DNA of 64,000 nucleotides, taken from the NCBI GenBank assembly GCA_024635455.1, contig JAGXIU010000003.1:290446-354445 (forward strand), written 5' to 3'. The position numbers and the translations under genes were made by a program. Origin of the DNA: Candidatus Saccharimonadota bacterium (GTDB lineage: Bacteria > Patescibacteriota > Saccharimonadia > Saccharimonadales > SLHW01). This document shows, in pieces, positions 57,118 through 64,000 of the stretch. The notes under the pieces were generated by a model, which saw only the letters and a program-made list of their open reading frames with translations, ran no database searches and was not told the DNA's origin. The number at the start of each line of letters is the position of its first letter. Position 1 is the stretch's first letter.

Positions 57118-57436
57118 TAAGTTTATTTTAACGTAAAAATTGCAAACATCGTAGTTCTTGTGCTTTTAGCTAGTTGTGTTAAGCGATTAAAACTTATCAT
57201 CGAAGATGGTCTGGCAGGCAGACGCAGACTTTACATAGGTCATTCTGAAAATTAGGCCTCAGGATGAAGGAGTTTGCCGCTGTATGACATATACCAGCAC
57301 AATCATATAGAACTTTAATCTGGTCTTTGCTCGCAAAACCCCTCTTTTTTCTCTAAGCAATAATCGATAGCCTTTGTGCATTTGTGCGCCATCCCTAACA
57401 CCTTTTATCTGAATCTGTTTGCGACTTGATCCAAAC

Positions 57437-57721
57437 TTAGTCGATTTGCTTAACGTAAACACGTAGGCCTCCTTTCTTAGTTCTTTCAAAATGAATATCT
57501 GTCTTGGGGTCGGTAAGCATAGACTCATAATGGACAAGTGCGTTAACACCTATGTCAGCAAACATAGGGCTTGCACTGGCTACATCTGCCTCAGGTTCTT
57601 CAACTTGCTGATTTTCACTGTCATCAAAATCAGCTCGTAGGTACATATCATTCTTCTGATAAACGGTATATCGAGGACGTCGGTTGTAGCGAACACCAAC
57701 AACAATCCACTCGATAATCAA
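57437..57721 (-). CDS. hypothetical protein (possibly disrupted)
   Basis: 94-aa ORF. A second ORF in another frame (57259-57549) overlaps its 3' end, which is compatible with a frameshifted gene. Confidence 0.35.
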   Translation of the reverse strand: MIIEWIVVGVRYNRRPRYTVYQKNDMYLRADFDDSENQQVEEPEADVASASPMFADIGVNALVHYESMLTDPKTDIHFERTKKGGLRVYVKQID

Positions 57722-57785
57722 CCGACCCTTGATACGAATTGCCAGGGTTAAAAATATAGCTGATATTACGCCAACAATGATTACC

Positions 57786-57971
57786 TTTTCATGGCTATGA
57801 GTTGGGTTCGGTTCTCCGATCAGCGAACGAATGTGAGCAAGATCGGGGGGGGTTCGGGCATCAAGCTCGAGCGCAAGAGTTTACTCTGAGCACGAGCGCA
57901 GCATGCACTATGTCATCCCTCATCCCCAGCCATGAAAGAGAGTCACGCAAAGGTGACTCTCTTTCATGGCT
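57786..57971 (+). repeat. unit U4 of the tRNA-3'-end repeat family, with a perfect 19-bp terminal hairpin
   Basis: Well over 90% identical to U3 by eye (a few substitutions and one small indel) from TTTTCATGGCTATGAG onward. ATCCCTCATCCCCAGCCA at 57915-57932. Hairpin AGCCATGAAAGAGAGTCAC-gcaaag-GTGACTCTCTTTCATGGCT at 57928-57971. Confidence 0.85.
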
Positions 57972-58018
57972 GCATGTATTTCGAATCTCTTACATCCATG
58001 CGCGAACGGCTAGACTCC

Positions 58019-59788
58019 CTAGTTCCCTATCCGGGTGCCGCCTTGTATGTTAGCCCCGCCGTCTATGTACGTGTTGCCGCTCGCCGGTGCTGCCGCTGTG
58101 GTGAAGCTGAAGATACTTGAAACAGTGCTTTCGGTGTTGCTTCCACCTGGATCAATGGCGTAGGCACGCCACCAGTACTGGGTAGAGTATTCGAGTAATG
58201 GCTCTTGGTACTGGTGTGAGGCAAGCGTAGAGCCGCCCAGTGTGGTACTAGTGACATATGCACTCCCGGTTAAGGCATCCTGACCGCTCCACCCAGTTTG
58301 ACTGAGTGTTTGGTCGATAGTACGAAGAACGCTTAAACAAGAGTTGTCTTCACAAAGCTCAATACGATAGCGGACAGCATTCGACTCCGAGTCAGTTGTA
58401 CGGAGCTGCAGAGTTGGCTGCAGGCTCACGTCAATTGCTGTGTCTGCAGGGGTACTGAGAGTTGGTGCGGCTGGTGGCTGGTTAACCGGCGGTGGGTCTA
58501 CAGTAGTAAAGCTATAGATACTAGAAATGCTACCTTCGGTGTTGCTGCCGCCTGGGTCAATAGCATACGCACGCCACCAATATTGGGTACTTTCACTAAG
58601 TGCTGGGTCTTGGTAAGTATGGCTAGCTAGGGTTGAGTTAGCCAGAGTGCCACTACCAACGTATGCCGTACCAGACTCGGCATCTTGCCCGCTCCAGCCC
58701 ACCTGGCTCGTAGATTGGTCGATAGTGCGCACTATAACCGAACAGTCGCTAACCGAACACACCTCAATACGGTAGCGCAAGTAGTCATTTTCAGCGTCGG
58801 AGGAGCGCAACTGGAAAGTGGGCGTCACAATCACGTCAGTTGCTGTGTCTGCAGGGGTACTGAGAGTTGGGGCAGACGGCGGCTGGTTGGCTACTGGGAC
58901 TGGATTAATTGCAAGTATTTGCCCAGCATTAGTCGTGTTGGTGCCAGTTGCCGTCCGTGTGCCGGTACCCCCAGCAGTAGGCCAAGGCTCTTGAGCAATA
59001 CGGACAGCATTACGTGCACTGTCTTGGCCAGCGCCAGAAGCTATAAAGCCCACGCTAATCATGCTGGCTGGCTCAGCAATATTATTGCCGCTATCATGTC
59101 CAAAAAATCCAACTAGCATTGTATTATCCCGATTTGGAGAAATTGAAGGGGCGACAATATTTATCCCAGTGTTCTTCTGTTTACCAAAAACATTTATAGG
59201 ACTCGCTGTATCTATACCACTGTAGGTCGCGGCAACAGCAATTGCCTTTCGGCTATCAACCTCAAAACCAGTCTGAGTAAAATAATTAAAATCAAATGTA
59301 TAACTAGTCGGATCTCCTGACTGAATGACACGACTATATATTATCTGTTCACTGCAAGGGGCCGAAGTTAAGCCTGCCGAGTTACCACACGACAATTCAG
59401 TACTCATTACTTCAGTCAACAAGTTGCTACTAACAGTACCTGTACTCGTACCCTCTTTTGAGCTTACAACTATCAATAATAGATCACCTGCTACTGCCTC
59501 GGTGGGCACATTTATTATGATAGAACTGGCGTTGTTCACAGAAGCAGTCGTGGCCGTACCGCGCTGCTGAATTTGCGCGCTGATATTAGTCGGTGAAATA
59601 ATAAATACAGTAGCCAGGCTAAATATTACTACAATCAAAAGCAAGATAATTTTCGCTGCATATTTACTCAAGTCCGGCCACACGCCAGAAAGCCTACTCT
59701 GAGCGAATTCGCCTAATGAATCTGAACACGCAGCTACATCTATATCGTATGTATAATTTTTACTACTGTAACGAGATAGTGAGCGCAT
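58019..59788 (-). CDS. secreted/membrane-anchored protein with two tandem ~135-aa FN3/Ig-like repeats
   Basis: N-terminal TM (IILLLIVVIFSLATVFII). Internal duplication (NQPP[SA]APTLSTPADTA.DV...YWWRAYAIDPGGSNTE...FSFTT) at ~58085-58485 and ~58497-58890. Confidence 0.75.
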   Translation of the reverse strand: MRSLSRYSSKNYTYDIDVAACSDSLGEFAQSRLSGVWPDLSKYAAKIILLLIVVIFSLATVFIISPTNISAQIQQRGTATTASVNNASSIIINVPTEAVAGDLLLIVVSSKEGTSTGTVSSNLLTEVMSTELSCGNSAGLTSAPCSEQIIYSRVIQSGDPTSYTFDFNYFTQTGFEVDSRKAIAVAATYSGIDTASPINVFGKQKNTGINIVAPSISPNRDNTMLVGFFGHDSGNNIAEPASMISVGFIASGAGQDSARNAVRIAQEPWPTAGGTGTRTATGTNTTNAGQILAINPVPVANQPPSAPTLSTPADTATDVIVTPTFQLRSSDAENDYLRYRIEVCSVSDCSVIVRTIDQSTSQVGWSGQDAESGTAYVGSGTLANSTLASHTYQDPALSESTQYWWRAYAIDPGGSNTEGSISSIYSFTTVDPPPVNQPPAAPTLSTPADTAIDVSLQPTLQLRTTDSESNAVRYRIELCEDNSCLSVLRTIDQTLSQTGWSGQDALTGSAYVTSTTLGGSTLASHQYQEPLLEYSTQYWWRAYAIDPGGSNTESTVSSIFSFTTAAAPASGNTYIDGGANIQGGTRIGN

Positions 59789-60371
59789 GCTTTTTTTGGT
59801 GGATCCGTTATGTGACTAATGCTTTATATTGTACCCTAGCACAACCGTACAATAAACTTTTTTACGTACAGGCACTGCCCAGGGTGCGCAAGCACTCCCA
59901 CCAAAGTGGAATTACTAATCTATATAAGTCAGTTAACGGTGTAGATTCGAAATATATGCTTATGTAGCTACACTTATCAACCAGATGTGTATTCATGTAT
60001 ACTCATCCCGCCCACTCCGACGTAACGCCACCCAATTAAAAATGCTTGATATTTCAAGTGTAGTGTAGAAACTGTCTATTTAGTGCGCTCATGAACTTGT
60101 ACATCTAGGAATACTCGTAGTCTCATTGTACGATTTTCTTGTTGCTACCCTTCGGCAGCTCGAGCTCCTAGCCCTGAACTAGACACAGTTAGCATATTGT
60201 GTATGATCCGATTATGGCGTGCCGTATATGTGATGTGATAGTGACACCTCATGAGGCTATTAGAGAAAATTTAGCAAGACCTACCTATCAGGAGGCCTGT
60301 TAATACTCCTAATCTAATAACCGTGGCCTCTTTTGTAGTATCAAGACCAAGAAATCTTCATGAAACTGACC

Positions 60372-60562
60372 CACTAGCCACAGACAAAGAAAGTCCAGGC
60401 ATCAAAGCCGGGTTTTTCTTTGGCTCGAGTGCCTCGAACCCCCGATGCGTCCGTCATATATGACGGACAAGCATTCGGCGGGTTCGGGCATCAAGCTCGC
60501 GCGCAAGAGTTTACTCTGAGCACGAGTGCAGCATGCACTATGTCATCCCTCACCCCCAGCCA
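60372..60562 (+). repeat. unit U5 of the tRNA-3'-end repeat family, preceded by a degenerate junction and hairpin
   Basis: CCCACTAGCCA, then hairpin CAAAGAAAGTCCAGGC-atcaaa-GCCGGGTTTTTCTTTG. The following 60-nt core GGGCATCAAGCTCGCGCGCAAGAGTTTACTCTGAGCACGAGTGCAGCATGCACTATGTC is identical to U3. Ends in ATCCCTCACCCCCAGCCA (60545-60562). Confidence 0.8.
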
Positions 60563-60907
60563 AGACGGACATTTAAATAGACCTATCTAGGTCTATATTT
60601 ATATAATCATGCCGTGAAATATGCATTGAACGAAAGTAATACAATCTGTTAAAAATCTTGACGTATTACACTTTTTGAAGCCATCGCTTTATCAACCAGT
60701 ACTAATATGTTTAATAAACATCTTGGTTCGTTTTACTCTCAAACTCTTGCATAAGTTATCTTGTGTCGTAGCGCACTGACAGCACACAGTAGTTTGCCCT
60801 ATTGTTGTATTAGCAAGCAACTTATGGCTCGCTAGGCACGGGAGTGGCAATGTTGAGGAAGTAAGTTAGGTATTGCTCTACTATATTAATTAATAGAAAG
60901 GTTTCTT

Positions 60908-61057
60908 ATGTTGATAAAAATTGCAATCGGATTGTTTATATTATGGGCGCTTGGTTTTTTCGCGACGAATATAGGCGGAGGTTTAATTCACATCCTGTTA
61001 GTGGTAGCACTTGTTCTATTTATATATAACATGCTGACCAGCAAACGAAGCGCATAG
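60908..61057 (+). CDS. lmo0937-family small membrane protein (49 aa)
   Basis: Below the track's size cutoff. Own translation: MLIKIAIGLFILWALGFFATNIGGGLIHILLVVALVLFIYNMLTSKRSA. GAAAGG SD upstream. Confidence 0.6.
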   Translation: MLIKIAIGLFILWALGFFATNIGGGLIHILLVVALVLFIYNMLTSKRSA

Positions 61058-61198
61058 CATAAAGCGATAATTATATTTGGCAAGTTCAATGCACCTCAAG
61101 TTAGAACAAGGGGCATGAGTAGTGGCGACCCAAAGTATGTATGAATTCGTTTATATAACGAGTTATATTAAGATTTTTAGACGGAAGGGAGGTTTTAA

Positions 61199-61714
61199 AT
61201 GTTGAAAAAAGTAAGTGTTCTACTGTTCACTGTCGGTTTGCTGGGAATTAGTTTTTACGGTATGTCTAACAACTCGTACTACGTACAGATACTCATGAAT
61301 CTAAGTACGCTTTTTATATATATCCGCATCGCGATTGTTGCGATCCTATTAACCTACGTTTTCGTACCGAGCATACGACTCTACACAACAAGAACCCTGC
61401 TTAGTATTAGTGGTATTTTGCTAGTATCACTCGGAGTGATTAGCTTAGCCTCCCCTTCCTTGTTGGGGTACACCAGTCCATATATATTACTTGGAGACAC
61501 GTTAACTCTAATTGAAGCAGGTATATTTGCAATCATACTCAGCGCTGAACTTTCTGCTCAAAGATCCAGGTTTATTGCTAGAAGTTATCATTACGTACGG
61601 TTACTAATTGGTTTTCGACCTAGAGCTGTATCATACCAGCCAGCAATGTATATAATCATGGCTCAGAAGAATCAACTAAAGCTAAAACCAGTAAAAACTT
61701 ACTCAATCTTATAG
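61199..61714 (+). CDS. polytopic membrane protein, hypothetical
   Basis: GGGAGG SD; 171 aa; 4-5 TM helices. Confidence 0.6.
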   Translation: MLKKVSVLLFTVGLLGISFYGMSNNSYYVQILMNLSTLFIYIRIAIVAILLTYVFVPSIRLYTTRTLLSISGILLVSLGVISLASPSLLGYTSPYILLGDTLTLIEAGIFAIILSAELSAQRSRFIARSYHYVRLLIGFRPRAVSYQPAMYIIMAQKNQLKLKPVKTYSIL

Positions 61715-61821
61715 TCTCTGTAAATTGATAAATCACTGAACCCAAGCTACAAATTTAATTAAAACTTTTCTTTGATTGTATACCAACCCTCATACCTGTG
61801 TGTCGTGTGCTAGCTCAAACT

Positions 61822-61852
61822 AAAAAGACCTCCATTCACTGGAGGTCTTTTT
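61822..61852. terminator. bidirectional rho-independent terminator AAAAA-GACCTCCA-ttcac-TGGAGGTC-TTTTT
   Basis: Perfect 8-bp GC-rich stem flanked by A5 and T5, between convergent genes 61199-61714 (+) and 61862-62071 (-). Confidence 0.8.
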
Positions 61853-61861
61853 ATCATGGTT

Positions 61862-62071
61862 TTAGGCGTACCTGTCCCTCATTCTTCTGGCAATGTGTCG
61901 GAATTCTTGCCTCATTGAAGCGCTATTTTCCAATAACTCGGCCTCGAGTTCTGGTGATGTGCCGTCAGATGTATAATCCAGTGGCTCGTTTGCATTATAG
62001 AGATACGCTTGGTAATGAACTTTTGAATGCTTTTGATGTTTGTTCTTTATTGCAGAATATGATCTTGACAT
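61862..62071 (-). CDS. small basic/acidic hypothetical protein (69 aa)
   Basis: ATG at 62071 preceded by AGGAGGAGTAAT. The track's longer version (to 62137) has no SD. Confidence 0.55.
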   Translation of the reverse strand: MSRSYSAIKNKHQKHSKVHYQAYLYNANEPLDYTSDGTSPELEAELLENSASMRQEFRHIARRMRDRYA

Positions 62072-62244
62072 ATTACTCCTCCTATTAATAGGTTGCAGAA
62101 CAAAGCCTAGCAATTTTCGTAACACTCCCCCCTTCAATGATGTGCCAAAAAAGATAGCTACTGAATCTATAATAGTACTAATGCTATACGCTGTATGTGC
62201 GCTCTATCACGGAATTAAGCTGCACAAAGGTATATACTATCACT

Positions 62245-62922
62245 ATGTCAACAAATCAAATGGCTGGTATGCCCAATTTAGGAACTACAGATGAAAGCAT
62301 CATCGCTCATTTCAGCGACGGGTTACTTATGCAGTTCACTGATAGAGAAACTATCATTAATGGTCTGGATGAACCTGAGGGTATATATCTAATCAAAAAA
62401 GGCTTCGTGAAAGCATACTCTACATCAAAAGCAGGCAATGGAAATCTATTATTAATACACACTGTTGGTGAGTTTATACCTCTGCCCTGGGCACTGGACG
62501 GAGCACATACAACTGGACTATTTTATGAAGCAATGTCAGATGTGACTGTACTCCGTGCTTCTAAAGATGAATTGCGTACGGCAATGGGTAAAAATGCTTG
62601 GTTATCTCAAGAGATATTAAAGCAAGCTGTGGCCATTATTACTGCCTACACTCAGAGAATACAAACTTTAGAATTTAGATCTGCTAGAGGAAGAATAATT
62701 GCCGAAATACTGGCTCTATCTGAAAGGTTTGGAGAAAGACGTGGTAAAGAAGTACTAATTAATGCTCCGCTAACACATCAGGATATTGCAGATTCAATTA
62801 ATATGAACCGCGAAACAGCAAGCAGAGCATTAGAGCAGCTTTTTCAAGAAGGTTTATTGGGCCAAAAAGATCATCTTATTTCAATACTAGATCTTCCTGA
62901 GCTACAAGAAGCACTTAGTTGA
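62245..62922 (+). CDS. Crp/Fnr-family transcriptional regulator
   Basis: cNMP-binding beta-barrel (GIYLIKKGFVKAY...) and a C-terminal HTH (THQDIADSINMNRETASRALEQL). Start ambiguous (62197 GTG or 62245 ATG). Confidence 0.8.
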   Translation: MSTNQMAGMPNLGTTDESIIAHFSDGLLMQFTDRETIINGLDEPEGIYLIKKGFVKAYSTSKAGNGNLLLIHTVGEFIPLPWALDGAHTTGLFYEAMSDVTVLRASKDELRTAMGKNAWLSQEILKQAVAIITAYTQRIQTLEFRSARGRIIAEILALSERFGERRGKEVLINAPLTHQDIADSINMNRETASRALEQLFQEGLLGQKDHLISILDLPELQEALS

Positions 62923-63156
62923 TATTATCTGCTAGAAAGTAAAGAATGATTAGTGCTACTTATTGGTGTGTTAGAGGAATTGGCACCTCACGAAAGGTAG
63001 CAAATCCTACTCGTGGCAATATTGAAGTGACAGGAAGTATCATGCGAGAAAAATTCAAAAAACTGCTTAATAATTATAAAGATTGGCAGAAACAATAGTA
63101 GCCTTTTTTAATGTCTGTTTTATCTTGTTTTAGCCTATTGCGATGCATCAGACCGA

Positions 63157-63218
63157 CACCCCCAGCCAAGCAAGTAACCTTATTCTTCAATAGTGTTACT
63201 TGCTTTGGCTGCTTTTTT
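63157..63218 (+). repeat. distal partial copy of the tRNA-3'-end motif (CACCCCCAGCCAAG) embedded in a terminator hairpin
   Basis: 14-nt identity with the U5 end (60551-64). Hairpin AGCCAAGCAAGTAAC-N16-GTTACTTGCTTTGGCT then GCTTTTTT, which is the same 'CCA inside a hairpin' architecture as the other units. Confidence 0.55.
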
Positions 63219-63276
63219 ACTTATCATTTCTGCGTCGAACGTCTTGAAAATTTCCTAGTAAACCCTAGCAACTTTA

Positions 63277-63981
63277 CTAGTCGTCATCAGATGAATCATC
63301 GTCATCGTCTGAGCTAGACTCATGGTCATCTTCCTCGTCATCAGAGCTGTCATCAGAACTATCATCGTCAGAGCTCGAAATATCGTCATCGCTGTCACCA
63401 CTACGTACTCTCATGATATCGCCGTTGCCTGCATTGACATCAACCCGGCCATCGTCGCTAAATCGCACGCTATAGACGACAATGCCTTCTTCTGTTTCTA
63501 GCTCAATTTTGGTTATAGTTTTTCCTGGACGCTCATTCTGGGCAATTTGACGTGCTTCATTGATTGAAACTCCGGCAACAAAACCAGATGGCACCGATTC
63601 GTCCACTTCTACATCGCTCCTATTTCTCGTAACAAGTACGCCAGTTGATGCGTCGTAGTAGCGCACACTACCGTCGCTGTAAGAAACTTTATATAGCAAG
63701 CCCTCGTCTTCGTTATCTAGCTCTATACTTACGATTGTTAGCGAAGGCTCATCTATGAGCGCCTTAGCCTGAATGTCGTCGATTGTCATAAACCCTGCTA
63801 GATCTGATGGCAGCTCAATTTCCGCTTGCCTGGATTGTTCTGCTCGATTATTAGTTACTAATGCAGATGTGCCTCCGACAGCTACTAAAGCAATTATTAC
63901 TGCTGTTAGCGGAACTGTATTATTTTGTTTAAAAAATGCGGATAGTCGCGTTAGTGGATTTACTTTATTTGCTTTTGCCAT
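63277..63981 (-). CDS. PepSY domain-containing membrane-anchored protein with poly-Asp/Ser tail
   Basis: N-terminal TM, two PepSY-like segments (...LLYKVSYSDGSVRYYDASTG..., ...IVVYSVRFSDDGRVDVNAGNG...) and the C-terminal tail SGDSDDDISSSDDDSSDDSSDDEEDDHESSSDDDDDSSDDD. Confidence 0.75.
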   Translation of the reverse strand: MAKANKVNPLTRLSAFFKQNNTVPLTAVIIALVAVGGTSALVTNNRAEQSRQAEIELPSDLAGFMTIDDIQAKALIDEPSLTIVSIELDNEDEGLLYKVSYSDGSVRYYDASTGVLVTRNRSDVEVDESVPSGFVAGVSINEARQIAQNERPGKTITKIELETEEGIVVYSVRFSDDGRVDVNAGNGDIMRVRSGDSDDDISSSDDDSSDDSSDDEEDDHESSSDDDDDSSDDD

Positions 63982-64000
63982 GTGATTCTCCTTTAAGAAT

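Noticed and set aside
57259-57549. 96-aa ORF overlapping the 3' end of 57437-57721 in another frame
   Set aside because: It cannot be called independently. At most it is the downstream half of a frameshifted gene, and no family is recognisable on either side, so a pseudogene call is not supportable.
60214-60303. 29-aa Cys-containing ORF MACRICDVIVTPHEAIRENLARPTYQEAC
   Set aside because: It has no SD, no neighbouring modification or transport genes, and a length compatible with chance in a 1.1-kb non-coding stretch.
53835-63156. Integrase, transposase or phage genes that would explain the tRNA-linked island
   Set aside because: I read all ORFs of 60 aa or more in the region. None shows tyrosine-recombinase (R..H..R..Y), serine-recombinase or DDE motifs, so no mobile-element gene is annotated.

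Overview
Gene-dense 64-kb chromosomal window, mostly minus-strand. The gene content suggests a reduced-genome Patescibacteria/CPR bacterium, probably Saccharibacteria-like. That is an inference from GatCAB, a split transketolase, a minimal sugar-phosphate core and giant surface proteins. Core genes: dnaE (5' part, missing from the ORF track), galU, gatC-gatA-gatB, uvrB, a sugar-phosphate block (PfkB kinase, class II aldolase, split transketolase, rpe-like, rpiB, gap, ppa), a redox pair (Grx-TrxR fusion plus NrdH-like), FKBP, NUDIX, an ABC exporter, DUF2207, pheS/pheT, yajQ, rmuC, a ZIP transporter, PAP2, a Mur ligase plus ddl, and metK preceded by a candidate SAM-I-type riboswitch. Two regions are not ordinary. 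(1) 33.2-44.2 kb holds two tandem paralogous genes for secreted proteins of about 1,790 aa. They share the regulatory block, N-terminus, anchor and C-terminal tail, but their cores carry different beta-propeller or lectin-like modules nested inside a repeated scaffold domain. (2) 53.2-63.2 kb starts at a tRNA-Gln(CUG) gene and is partitioned by at least six further copies of a structured unit that re-creates the tRNA 3' end (ATCCCTCATCCCCAGCCA plus a hairpin). These copies bracket cargo segments encoding secreted, membrane and regulatory proteins. No integrase, transposase, CRISPR array, rRNA or reverse transcriptase was seen. All functional calls come from reading motifs in the translations; no database search was possible.
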